The translations under genes were made by a program, and so were the position numbers. Below the pieces are notes generated by a model that was not told where the DNA came from, searched no databases, and saw only the letters and a list, made by a program, of their open reading frames with translations. From Vicinamibacterales bacterium (GTDB taxonomy: Bacteria; Acidobacteriota; Vicinamibacteria; Vicinamibacterales; UBA2999), in NCBI GenBank assembly GCA_035647075.1, contig DASROF010000112.1:12021-76020 (forward strand): DNA of 64,000 nt, given 5' to 3'. Positions 8,053 to 16,838 of this stretch are shown here, one piece after another. How positions within the stretch are numbered: position 1 is the stretch's first letter; each line of letters begins with the position of its first letter.

Positions 8053-8583
8053 ATGACCGCTCAAGGCGTGCAGGACGTGCAAGCGCTCATTTCAGCCGCG
8101 GACATTCAAGCGCGCGTGCAGGCGCTCGCTGGTGAGATACGACGTGACCATCCTCACGGCGTCCACCTCGTTTGCGTGCTGAAGGGGGCATTCGTGTTCT
8201 TATCCGATCTCTCGCGCGCACTGGCGAACGGCGTGACGCTCGATTTCATCGCCGTGTCCAGCTACGGCCAGGGATCCACGTCATCGGGACAGGTCCAGCT
8301 CCTGAAAGACCTCGACTCGCCGATCGAAGGACGGGACGTCGTCATCGTCGAAGACATCGTCGACACAGGCCTCACGCTCACCTATCTGCAGGAGATTCTT
8401 CGCGCGCGGTCGCCGCGAACGTTGCGGACCGCCTGCCTCTTGAGCAAGCCGTCGCGGCGGAAGGTCGACGTGGTGGTGGAGTACGTGGGCTTCAGCATCG
8501 AAGATGAATTCGTCGTGGGCTACGGACTCGATTACGCCGAGCGCTACAGAAACCTTCCGTATATCGGCGTCATCGCGGTTTAG
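8053..8583 (+). CDS. hpt: Hypoxanthine phosphoribosyltransferase
   Basis: 176 aa. PRPP-binding motif VVIVEDIVDTGLTLTYL and GYGLDYAERYRNLPYIG. Confidence 0.9.
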   Translation: MTAQGVQDVQALISAADIQARVQALAGEIRRDHPHGVHLVCVLKGAFVFLSDLSRALANGVTLDFIAVSSYGQGSTSSGQVQLLKDLDSPIEGRDVVIVEDIVDTGLTLTYLQEILRARSPRTLRTACLLSKPSRRKVDVVVEYVGFSIEDEFVVGYGLDYAERYRNLPYIGVIAV

Positions 8584-9391
8584 AGGGATCCGGTACGTCC
8601 ACAGCCGACTCCGTGCGAACCTCGAATCGCCGGAACTTCGAGTACTTCGCGGTGCCGATGAAGTCGTCGCTTCCGCGCGGCACCTCGTCGCGCATTTCGA
8701 CCGGCACACGAAGATTCAGGCCAGGGTCGGGCGCAAAGGTGGTCGTGGTGATTTCGGCCCGTCCGCCGAATCCAGACTGCAGTTCGGTCTTATAGATTTC
8801 CCCGGTCGTTTCCGACACCCAGGCCCTCGATTGTTTCGATGTCCGCCCTCGTCCGGGCATTGGCAAGAGGTCGATTTCCCTGATATCAGCACCCAGGTCC
8901 TTCGCCGTATCGCCAAGCGAGATGCGGAAGCCGCCCTGGTATTCAGGCTGCAGGTAGCCGACGACGGTCAACGGATCCATGAGGCGGCCGTTGTCGACGC
9001 TGAGTCGCAAGCCATCACGGTGAATCTCCTGCGCCCGCTTGGCGGCGTTGTTGAATGGCTGCAGGAACAGCTTCGTGATCCGGTCCTGTTTATCTCGAAC
9101 AGCCTTGCCGTCCACCTCCCGCACGTCTCTGAACACCATGACGACCTCCGGCCGGCCCGGATAGCCGACAAGGAGGAAATCCGACTTCAGGTGTCGCTTC
9201 CTGGACCCGATCGTGAAGCGCTGGTCGTACTCCTCTTCGGACACAACGTTGCTGAACTCGCTGATGAAGCGGCGGGCATACGCTGCCACCCGCCGAGCCA
9301 GCTCCCCGACTTCAGCCTCCTGTGTCTGCACTACCGGCGACGCGCACAGTTCCAGAACACTGATCGCAATCAAAACAACTACCAGACGCAT
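8570..9391 (-). CDS. Secreted hypothetical protein
   Basis: 273 aa with an N-terminal signal-like segment. I recognise no motif. Lies 4 nt downstream of the amidohydrolase gene on the same strand. Confidence 0.55.
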   Translation of the reverse strand: MRLVVVLIAISVLELCASPVVQTQEAEVGELARRVAAYARRFISEFSNVVSEEEYDQRFTIGSRKRHLKSDFLLVGYPGRPEVVMVFRDVREVDGKAVRDKQDRITKLFLQPFNNAAKRAQEIHRDGLRLSVDNGRLMDPLTVVGYLQPEYQGGFRISLGDTAKDLGADIREIDLLPMPGRGRTSKQSRAWVSETTGEIYKTELQSGFGGRAEITTTTFAPDPGLNLRVPVEMRDEVPRGSDDFIGTAKYSKFRRFEVRTESAVDVPDPSKPR

Positions 9392-9394
9392 CGG

Positions 9395-10789
9395 CTATCG
9401 CACTGCTCCCCGGACTCTGTCCGCCCACGCACGAGCGTCGCGAAGCACTTGAGCCTCGTCCAATGTCAGTACCTTCTTCTCCCGCATCAGAATCCGGCCG
9501 TTCACGATCGTCGTACGAACATCATCGCCGCGAGACACATACACGAGGTGCGATACAGGATCATACATGGGGGTCTGACGTGCTCCGGAGACGTCGACCA
9601 GGATCAGGTCGGCGCGCTTCCCTGTCTCGAGCGAACCGATCCGCGACTCCATCCCGAGCGCCCGCGCGCCGCGAATCGTCGCCATCTCCAGCGCCGTCTT
9701 CGCGCTGACCGCTCGAGGATCCGCCGACTGCAACTTGTGCAGCAGCGACGCCATTCGCATCGCCTCGAACATGTCGAGATCGTTGTTGCTGGCGGCGCCG
9801 TCGGTCCCGAGACCAATCGCGGCATCGGCGCGCAGATATGCCGGCACCGGCGCGGTTCCGCTTGCCAGCTTCATGTTGCTCTCCGGATTGTGCGAGATGC
9901 CGACGTGTCGCATGGTCAGCAGCGCGATATCAGGCTCGGTGACCCAGACTCCGTGCGCAGCGAGGACGCCGGGCCCGAGAAAGCCGAGGCTCTCGAGGTA
10001 ACCGACCGGAGACAGCTTGAACTGCGTTTCCGCGTTCTTCGCCTCGTCTTGCGTCTCGGCCAGATGAATCAGCGTCGGCACGTTATGACGGCGCGACAAA
10101 TCCCGCGCGGCGCGCAGGCTGGCTGCGTCGAGGGTGTAAATCGCGTGCGGTGCAACGGCAGGCGTGATCAGGGAGTCGTTCTTGAAGGCGGTGATGAACT
10201 TCTCGGCCCGGGCGAGGGCGTCGGCGGGCGTCTTGGCATCCGCGACAGGGAACTGAATGATCGTCTGGCCCAGCACGCCACGGAGGCCCGCGGCCTTCGT
10301 CTCCTTCGCGATCTCCTCCTCGAAGTAGTACATGTCGGCGTAGGTCGTCGTGCCCGACTCGATCATTTCGAGCGCCGCCAGGCGCGTGCCCGCCCGGACG
10401 AACTCCGGTGAGACGGTCTTCGCCTCTGCCGGGAAGATGTACTTCTCCAGCCACTCCGACAACGCGAGATCGTCCGCGAGTCCGCGAAACAACACCATCG
10501 GCGCGTGTGTATGGGTATTAATAAGGCCGGGGAGAACAATCTCGCCGGCGGCGTCCACGCGTTCGCGTGCACGGAAGCGGGCGGTAATATCGGGGGTCGG
10601 TCCCACGGCGACGATGTCGGTGCCGTCGATCGCCACGGCGCCGTTCTGAATGACCTGACGCGCCGGGTTCATGGTCACGACGATCCCGTTCGTCACGATG
10701 ACGGACACTTCACGGGAACCCGACTGCGCGAACAGGACGGCGACAAGCGCCGCCGCAACGAGGGCAAAGATCAGCAGACGAACCTTCAT
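9395..10789 (-). CDS. Amidohydrolase-superfamily protein (MtaD/chlorohydrolase-like) with N-terminal signal/anchor
   Basis: 464 aa. Metal-binding LPGLINTHTHAPM plus downstream HLAET and GTDG motifs. Hydrophobic N-terminus MKVRLLIFALVAAALVAVLFAQ. Confidence 0.8.
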   Translation of the reverse strand: MKVRLLIFALVAAALVAVLFAQSGSREVSVIVTNGIVVTMNPARQVIQNGAVAIDGTDIVAVGPTPDITARFRARERVDAAGEIVLPGLINTHTHAPMVLFRGLADDLALSEWLEKYIFPAEAKTVSPEFVRAGTRLAALEMIESGTTTYADMYYFEEEIAKETKAAGLRGVLGQTIIQFPVADAKTPADALARAEKFITAFKNDSLITPAVAPHAIYTLDAASLRAARDLSRRHNVPTLIHLAETQDEAKNAETQFKLSPVGYLESLGFLGPGVLAAHGVWVTEPDIALLTMRHVGISHNPESNMKLASGTAPVPAYLRADAAIGLGTDGAASNNDLDMFEAMRMASLLHKLQSADPRAVSAKTALEMATIRGARALGMESRIGSLETGKRADLILVDVSGARQTPMYDPVSHLVYVSRGDDVRTTIVNGRILMREKKVLTLDEAQVLRDARAWADRVRGAVR

Positions 10790-10818
10790 ATCTGGATAGT
10801 AGGTCGACCTCTACCATT

Positions 10819-10824
10819 TAGAAT
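10819..10824 (+). promoter_or_regulatory. -10-like TAGAAT 6 nt upstream of the upp GTG start (possible leaderless transcript)
   Basis: Read directly. There is no Shine-Dalgarno sequence between the box and the start, and no convincing -35. Confidence 0.25.
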
Positions 10825-10830
10825 AGGCGC

Positions 10831-11451
10831 GTGCTGAAGGTTGTCGAACACCCGCTCGTCCAGGATGCCCTCGCGGAACTGCGCGACGCGAAAACCGCTC
10901 CGCCGGCATTCCGGCGCGCGGCAAATCGCATCAGCGTGCTGCTTGCTGCGGAGGCGCTGCGCGACGTTCCGGTCTCCCCTGCTGTCGTCACGACGCCGCT
11001 CGGACCGGCAGATGGACGCGTGGTCGACACCGACGTCGTCGTCGTGCCCGTGCTGAGGGCGGGACTCGGAATGCTCGACGCAGTGCTGGAGCTTCTGCCG
11101 ACGGCCCGCGTCGGCCACATCGGCCTGCAGCGGGACGAGGCCACCGCAATCGCGTCCCGGTATTACTCGAAGCTTCCGCCGAACCTCATGGACAGCTTCG
11201 TTTTGATGATCGATCCGATGCTCGCCACCGGCGGCAGTGCCGCTGCCGCCATCGATCTCATCAAGGCAGCCGGTGCGAAAACGATTCGGATGATCTGCAT
11301 CGTGTCGGCGCCGGAAGGAGTGAGGCTCCTGGAGAGCCGCCACCCCGATGTGGTGATCTACACTCCGGTGATCGATCGCGAGCTCAACTCGCACAAGTTC
11401 ATCGTTCCCGGGCTCGGTGACTTCGGCGATCGCCTGTACGGCACGAACTGA
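10831..11451 (+). CDS. upp: Uracil phosphoribosyltransferase
   Basis: 206 aa. HPLVQDALAELRD start, LRAGLGM, MIDPMLATGGSA, FIVPGLGDFGDRLYGT. Confidence 0.9.
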   Translation: MLKVVEHPLVQDALAELRDAKTAPPAFRRAANRISVLLAAEALRDVPVSPAVVTTPLGPADGRVVDTDVVVVPVLRAGLGMLDAVLELLPTARVGHIGLQRDEATAIASRYYSKLPPNLMDSFVLMIDPMLATGGSAAAAIDLIKAAGAKTIRMICIVSAPEGVRLLESRHPDVVIYTPVIDRELNSHKFIVPGLGDFGDRLYGTN

Positions 11452-11477
11452 CGAGCCGCTGAGCTCCACGCCCGGCT

Positions 11478-12437
11478 ATGGAGAAGATGATGCTTTCACG
11501 TCGCGAATGGCTGTCACTGACGCTGGCAACGGGCGCTGCAGCAGCGCTTGACCGCACCTGGGTGGCCGCGCAGCAGCCGCTGATCACGCGGGGCGTGCCA
11601 GCCAGCGGCGAACGCCTCCCCATCGTTGGCCTCGGCAGTTCCGCAACGTTCTCGCAAGTCGCGCGCGGATCCGATGTGACGGCCGTGAGTGAGGTGATGA
11701 CCGCACTCATCAGCGGTGGCGGCACGGTATTCGACACCGCGCCCGGCTACGGCGCCTCTGAAGAAGTGGCCGGCCGCGTCGCCGCAACCCTCTCGTATAC
11801 AGACAGGATTTTCTGGGCGACGAAAGTCAACGTCGCTGGCTTCGGCGCGGGCGCAGCGAATCCGGCGGCCGCGCGCTCACAGATTGATCAGTCGTTCGCA
11901 CGCCTGAAGAAGGGCAGGATTGACCTGATTCAGGTTCATAACCTTGGCGACGTGCCGACGCAGCTGGCGATTCTCAAGGAGTTCAAACAACAGGGTCGCA
12001 TCCGCTACATTGGCGTAACGACCACCTTCGATCAGCAGTATCCGCAGATCGTCGAGATCATGAAACGCGAACCGGTCGACTTCATCGGTGTGGACTACGC
12101 CGTCGACGCCCGCGAGGTTGAAGACACAATCCTGCCGGTGGCCCAGGAGCGCAAGATCGGCGTGCTCTCCTACCAGCCGTTCGGCCGGACACGGTTGTGG
12201 AACCGGGTCGGCAATCAGCCCGTTCCGGACTACGCCAAAGAGTTCGACGCCACGACCTGGGCGCAGTTCTTCATCAAGTTCGTCGCCAGCCACCCGGCGA
12301 TTACGGTCGTCACACCGGCCACGAGCCAGGCCAAGAACATGGCCGACAATCTGGGCGGAGGTCGAGGCCGGCTTCCGGACGCAGCCATGCGCAAGCGGAT
12401 GATCGCCACGATCGACGCGCTCCCCGGCGGCCGATAG
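11478..12437 (+). CDS. Aldo/keto reductase with Tat-like signal
   Basis: 319 aa. N-terminal SRREWLSLTLATGAAAA twin-arginine-like signal; FDTAPGYG and IDLIQVHN AKR motifs. Confidence 0.8.
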   Translation: MEKMMLSRREWLSLTLATGAAAALDRTWVAAQQPLITRGVPASGERLPIVGLGSSATFSQVARGSDVTAVSEVMTALISGGGTVFDTAPGYGASEEVAGRVAATLSYTDRIFWATKVNVAGFGAGAANPAAARSQIDQSFARLKKGRIDLIQVHNLGDVPTQLAILKEFKQQGRIRYIGVTTTFDQQYPQIVEIMKREPVDFIGVDYAVDAREVEDTILPVAQERKIGVLSYQPFGRTRLWNRVGNQPVPDYAKEFDATTWAQFFIKFVASHPAITVVTPATSQAKNMADNLGGGRGRLPDAAMRKRMIATIDALPGGR

Positions 12438-12547
12438 GCGATTCTGGATCCTGACCGTTCGTCCTGCTTACATCCTCGTCGGAGCCGGTCGAGTCCTGAA
12501 ATCGGCCGGACATTGACCAGCAGAGATTTGGCCCGATTCGTCCTCAT

Positions 12548-13807
12548 GTGTGCTGGCAGAGGCTTCGCACACATGAGCTGCGAATGGGTTACGTGTTTCT
12601 GCTCGCGATTGCGCTCACGATTGCCTACCGATCGACGACGGCGGTTGAGCGCCGGAAGTACCTGTTTGCCGTCCTGAAGCAGATCGATCTGTTGTGGCTT
12701 CGCATCCAGGGATGGTGGCGTGAGCTGGAACCGTTTCGCTCCGCCCTCCGCGAGCGAACCCGGATTGCCCCGGTCACTCCAGTCATCGCCATTCTGAACG
12801 TCGCGATCTTTATCGGCATCGCTTTTCACCCCCACCTGCTGGACGATCCGGATCCGCTCGTGTCATGGGGTGCGAGCTTCGGACCGCGAACCGCCAACGG
12901 CGAGTGGTGGCGCCTGATCACCACCTTGTTCGTTCACGTCAGCGTGGTCGATTTGCTCGTGAATCTCCTGGCGCTGGTGCCCCTCGGCCTGCTGCTGGAA
13001 CGAATCGTCGGCCCTCTCGCGTTCGGTGCGGTCTATCTGACGTCAGGGCTGTTTGCGAGCCTGTTCAGCCTGTCCGTCTATCCCATTGCCGTCAGCGTCG
13101 GCCCAGCGGGCGCCGTCGCCGGAGTGTACGCGTTCATGCTCGCCGTTTCCCTTTGGGGAATCAGCCAGCGCCCGCGCCTCATCTTGCCGCTCATCACGAT
13201 AAAGGGTCTCGGTATCTGTAGTGGGCTGTTCCTGGCCTATGCCTGGTTAACGGGCGCGGCTGCCGTGGTGGTTGTCGGCGCTGCCGCCGGACTCTTCGCA
13301 GGCCTGATTGTCGCGCGCGGCGTCAACACGCGCCGTACGCCGGCCGTCCGCATGGCTGCAACGGTCGCCACGCTGTCGTGCGTAGCCGTCGTCACCGCGG
13401 TTCCGCTGCGGGGCATTACGGACGCCAGACGTGATATCGCGGCAGTGATCGAGACAGAAGAACACACAGCCGCGGCGTTCAAAACCGCGCTCGAGGATTA
13501 CACCGAAGGCCGAATGACCGAGCAGGCGCTTGCCAGCGTGATCGACCGGATCATCGTCCCGGAAATCCGTTACATGACCGAAAGGCTCGCCCTCGTTGAC
13601 CAGACGATGGTGCCTCAGGAGCAGCAGCCTCCCCTCGCTGCCGCGGAGGAGTACCTGCGGCTGCGCGACGAAAGCTGGACGCTTCGCGCCAACGCGCTGC
13701 GCAGTGGAAAGATGTCGATTCTGTGGGTCGCCGACCGGAAAGAGGCCTTATCCTTAGAGGCATTCCGGCGGATCAAGCGCGGAACATCACCCGCCGGACG
13801 TCCGTAA
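12548..13807 (+). CDS. Rhomboid-family intramembrane serine protease with a ~130-aa C-terminal soluble extension
   Basis: 419 aa. WWRLITTLFVHVSVVDLLVNLLAL and GPAGAVAG motifs (GxSG-like position reads GPAG), with multiple TM segments. Start is uncertain (12548 or MGYV at 12584). Confidence 0.7.
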   Translation: MCWQRLRTHELRMGYVFLLAIALTIAYRSTTAVERRKYLFAVLKQIDLLWLRIQGWWRELEPFRSALRERTRIAPVTPVIAILNVAIFIGIAFHPHLLDDPDPLVSWGASFGPRTANGEWWRLITTLFVHVSVVDLLVNLLALVPLGLLLERIVGPLAFGAVYLTSGLFASLFSLSVYPIAVSVGPAGAVAGVYAFMLAVSLWGISQRPRLILPLITIKGLGICSGLFLAYAWLTGAAAVVVVGAAAGLFAGLIVARGVNTRRTPAVRMAATVATLSCVAVVTAVPLRGITDARRDIAAVIETEEHTAAAFKTALEDYTEGRMTEQALASVIDRIIVPEIRYMTERLALVDQTMVPQEQQPPLAAAEEYLRLRDESWTLRANALRSGKMSILWVADRKEALSLEAFRRIKRGTSPAGRP

Positions 13808-13857
13808 CTAACGGCAAAACTTGAGGGTTTTCGGGGGTGTGGCCTGCCCGGCCGACG

Positions 13858-13881
13858 CTCACGCGGGTTGACTCGCGTGAG
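13858..13881. terminator. Hairpin CTCACGCG-N8-CGCGTGAG between the rhomboid gene end and the tRNA-Val 3' end
   Basis: Perfect 8-bp stem read directly. No U-tract on either strand. Confidence 0.3.
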
Positions 13882-13888
13882 TGGAGGT

Positions 13889-13963
13889 TGGTGGGCGCGG
13901 GTGGAATCGAACCACCGACCCCCCGCGTGTGAAGCGGATGCTCTACCGCTGAGCCACGCGCCC
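13889..13963 (-). tRNA. tRNA-Val (anticodon CAC), CCA encoded
   Basis: The reverse complement folds by hand as GGGCGCG T GCTC..GAGC, anticodon stem TCCGC/GCGGG with loop TTCACAC, T arm GGTGG TTCGATT CCACC, CGCGCCC A CCA. Confidence 0.9.
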
Positions 13964-14079
13964 GACCGAGTGTGTAGTGCCCGTGCCGCCGACGCGCGTT
14001 GCGCGAAAGGCAGACCGGAAACTGAGTGTAACTCGACAAACCACAATCAACGAAACCAACGCTGCACCAAGGAGACCAC

Positions 14080-14457
14080 ATGACGCCCCACGCCAGATTC
14101 TTCACCCGCGCGCTCGTGCTCGCTCTGCTGCTCTGGGCGGCTCCGGCCATGGCCGGGGACGTCGACGGAAAGTGGGCCGGCACCGTATCGACTCCCGGTG
14201 GCGACCTCATGGTGGCTTACGAGTTCAAGTCGGAGGGCGGCAAGCTCACGGGCACGACGACAAGCCCGGACGGAGCAACCGTCGCCATCAAGGACGGCAA
14301 GATCGACGGCAACAAGATCGCCTTCAACGTCTCGCTGGATCTCGGCGGCATGGCGTTCGACATTGCCTACACGGGCGTCGTCACGCCGGAAGAGATCAAG
14401 CTGACGGCCGATTTCGCCGGAATGCCTTTCGAGTACTCGGTCACAAAATCCAAGTAA
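14080..14457 (+). CDS. Small secreted hypothetical protein
   Basis: 125 aa with a signal peptide (LLLWAAPAMAG) and an AAGGAG Shine-Dalgarno sequence upstream. Confidence 0.55.
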   Translation: MTPHARFFTRALVLALLLWAAPAMAGDVDGKWAGTVSTPGGDLMVAYEFKSEGGKLTGTTTSPDGATVAIKDGKIDGNKIAFNVSLDLGGMAFDIAYTGVVTPEEIKLTADFAGMPFEYSVTKSK

Positions 14458-14503
14458 CTCTCCGCTGGGCGGACGCCACAGGACGCCTCAGCGTGAACCG
14501 CGC

Positions 14504-15430
14504 TTACCGGATCGCCAGCGGATTGCCTGGCGATCCCGTCGCGCCTTTCAAGCGCAGCGGCGCAAAGATAAACGCGAACTCGTAGACGTTGTCGCGCGCG
14601 AGGTCTTCGGTCAGCAAGTTCTCGAAGATATAGATTCCGTTTTTCGCGATGAACAGCTGGTGCAGGGGAAAGGCCAGCGACGCGTCCGGATTCGGCACGA
14701 CTTCGACGCTCCACGTGTCCGCCCCCGCCATCACGATTTCACGATCCACCAGGTACTGAGCTGCCTCGAGGCCGATGCCCGGGGCATTGGCGTTGAACTT
14801 CGCGTTGTCCTTGATCCAGAGCGAGCCCCAGCCGGTGTGAAAGATCACCACGTCGCCAGACCGGATGACGACGTTCTGCCGCTTCAGCGCTCCTTCGACG
14901 TCGGCGCGCGTGATCTCATACCCTCCGGCGAGCATCGGCTGGCCTTTATATGCGGCGACGTCGATCAGAACGCCGCGAGTGACGATCGCGCCGACATTCT
15001 CGATCCCGAGCTTCGTCAGTCCCTCCGCTTTCGCGAACTCGCTGCCCTTGTTGCCGTTGTAGAACAGGTCGCCGATGCCCGCATGGCCAAGGCCGTCGAA
15101 CTGCGTGCCAATCTGTCCCAGCTCGCCGCTGATGATTTCGTCGTGGTAATACATCTGGTTCGCGCCGTTCGGCCCGAACACCTTCGGAATGCGCAGGCTG
15201 TAGTGCCGTGTGCCAAAGAGCGGCATCGCCGACTCATAGACGTGTCCGAGCTGATACGTCTGCCCGCGCATGATCAGGTTCCTGGCTTCGAGCACTTTCG
15301 CGGGCGTGATGCGATTCGCGGCCCCACGCTGATCGTCTGCGCCCCACTTCGAGGGATACCACTTGTCCTGCGCGACGCTCGCGCAGGCGACGAACATCAC
15401 CACCAACAGGGCCACGCTCGTTCGACGCAT
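14504..15430 (-). CDS. Cyclase-family protein (kynurenine formamidase-like), secreted
   Basis: The ORF-track ORF runs to 15640, but the likely start is MRRTSVALLVVMFVACASVAQ at 15430. GTQFDGLGH and HTGW motifs are typical of the putative-cyclase family. Confidence 0.7.
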   Translation of the reverse strand: MRRTSVALLVVMFVACASVAQDKWYPSKWGADDQRGAANRITPAKVLEARNLIMRGQTYQLGHVYESAMPLFGTRHYSLRIPKVFGPNGANQMYYHDEIISGELGQIGTQFDGLGHAGIGDLFYNGNKGSEFAKAEGLTKLGIENVGAIVTRGVLIDVAAYKGQPMLAGGYEITRADVEGALKRQNVVIRSGDVVIFHTGWGSLWIKDNAKFNANAPGIGLEAAQYLVDREIVMAGADTWSVEVVPNPDASLAFPLHQLFIAKNGIYIFENLLTEDLARDNVYEFAFIFAPLRLKGATGSPGNPLAIR

Positions 15431-15522
15431 CGATGCCTCCAGATTCGATGTAGACGTACACACAAAGAGGGCAGCCGTGAGGCTGCCCCCTTTTGCCTCG
15501 TACGGTGGCGCCAAGGCGCCGG

Positions 15523-16068
15523 CTACGAGGGCTTCTTCAACTGCGCAATGAGAGTCTGCAGCATCTGTGCATACTCCTCGTCGATCTGCGCAAAGATCTT
15601 CCGATACTCCTCTTCCGTGATCTTGGCCTTGCCGCCCCACTCGCCATCGAACTTATAGCTCTTCGGTCCGACGTCCACCGTGTCGAACGGCTGGTGGTCT
15701 TCGCGCTTGAATCGAAGTCCGTTCGCCCCGAGGTCCATGACGAACTGGCGCGACTGCTGATCGGACGCGCCGCTCAGGTCCATATAGACCTCTTTGAACT
15801 CCCTTTTCGTGAGCAGATCGTCCATTCGCGAGAAACTGGGGAACTTGCCTTTGACAACCAGCAGCTGCGAGCCGGAAAAATACAGCGCGCCGACATATTG
15901 ATCGCCCATCTGGCGCGCGGCAATGCTGTCCAGTTTCTGCGCGTCCAGGAGCCTGCATAATTCGGCAGCCAGCGGTGCCGACTTCGATTCCTGGGCGAGC
16001 GATGGTCGAGGCGCCAGGAGAAGGCTGCCAAGCACAAGAGCGCCGATGCTGCGAACTGCGGAAGTCAT
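15523..16068 (-). CDS. Secreted hypothetical protein
   Basis: Likely start is MTSAVRSIGALVLGSLLLAPRPSLAQ (internal Met of the 200-aa ORF). No recognised motif. Confidence 0.5.
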   Translation of the reverse strand: MTSAVRSIGALVLGSLLLAPRPSLAQESKSAPLAAELCRLLDAQKLDSIAARQMGDQYVGALYFSGSQLLVVKGKFPSFSRMDDLLTKREFKEVYMDLSGASDQQSRQFVMDLGANGLRFKREDHQPFDTVDVGPKSYKFDGEWGGKAKITEEEYRKIFAQIDEEYAQMLQTLIAQLKKPS

Positions 16069-16133
16069 GACCCCTCCTACCCTCGAAGAGGAGCGACTTG
16101 TATCACCGCCCGCGCACGGCGTCAATCATCCGT

Positions 16134-16553
16134 TCACCCGATAAAGAGCGAGTCCTCTTCCTCGTTGGTCGACGGCCGCCGGGCAGGCCCCGGGGCGCCC
16201 TGCCGGAAGGCCGAGAGCGCAGCGAGCAGCCCCTGCACCACGGCATAGGCTTCACGCGCGGGCGCGACGACCGTCTCCTCGACTACTGCGACCGTGTTGT
16301 TGACACGCGTCGTCAGGTCGCCGATCAACTGCTCTGCCTTTTGCGCCTGTGCGGACGCGATGCTCGCCGTCCGGGCAGCGTCGACCGACATCGACTTCAG
16401 GTTGGCGACGATCGGCTTCAGGTCGCCTTCCAGGCGCGTGACCGTATCGGCAACACGCCGTGAGGCGCGCATGGCTGCGACAACCGCCGCGACCTGAATC
16501 AGCGCCATCACCACGACGGCGACGGCGATGACGCCGAGGTACACGTCGTTCAC
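16134..16553 (-). CDS. DUF948-like membrane-anchored coiled-coil protein
   Basis: 139 aa with one N-terminal TM followed by a helical region. Overlaps the ytxH-like gene by 4 nt. Confidence 0.6.
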   Translation of the reverse strand: MNDVYLGVIAVAVVVMALIQVAAVVAAMRASRRVADTVTRLEGDLKPIVANLKSMSVDAARTASIASAQAQKAEQLIGDLTTRVNNTVAVVEETVVAPAREAYAVVQGLLAALSAFRQGAPGPARRPSTNEEEDSLFIG

Positions 16554-16831
16554 GCTTCCTGCTCTCCTTCGTCGGCGTGACGCTGTGCCTGACGGGCGCG
16601 ATCGAATGCCGTGGTGATGTTTTCGCGCTGCCGGTTGAATACTTCCCGACCGTGCTCGGCCGCCTGGGCGGCCCGATCCCGAGCCTCCTTGGCGCGGCGG
16701 TTCACGTACGCGCGAGTCTCGATCCCGGCTGCCGGCGCAAACAGCAGCGCCACGGCCGCTCCCACTGCCGCTCCGGCCATAAAGGCGAGCAGGACGGTCC
16801 CGCTTCCGATTCCCTGGTTCTGCTGTGACAT
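16550..16831 (-). CDS. YtxH-domain protein
   Basis: 93 aa. GAAVGAAVALLFAPAAG then a charged helical tail, typical of YtxH. Confidence 0.65.
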   Translation of the reverse strand: MSQQNQGIGSGTVLLAFMAGAAVGAAVALLFAPAAGIETRAYVNRRAKEARDRAAQAAEHGREVFNRQRENITTAFDRARQAQRHADEGEQEA

Positions 16832-16838
16832 AACAACC

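Noticed and set aside
8504-10411. 635-aa ORF on the plus strand
   Set aside because: It is antisense to two well-supported minus-strand genes, the secreted protein and the amidohydrolase with its HxH motif. Its translation is Arg/Pro/Gly-rich low-complexity sequence, typical of shadow ORFs in GC-rich DNA.
12438-12547. Promoter TTGACC-N17-ATTCGT upstream of the rhomboid gene
   Set aside because: The -10 hexamer is poor and the rhomboid start codon itself is uncertain, so this is not reported as a feature.
14458-14503. Terminator between convergent genes (GCTGGGCG...CGCCTCAGC)
   Set aside because: The stem is imperfect (bulged), the loop is long and there is no U-tract. That is too weak to call.
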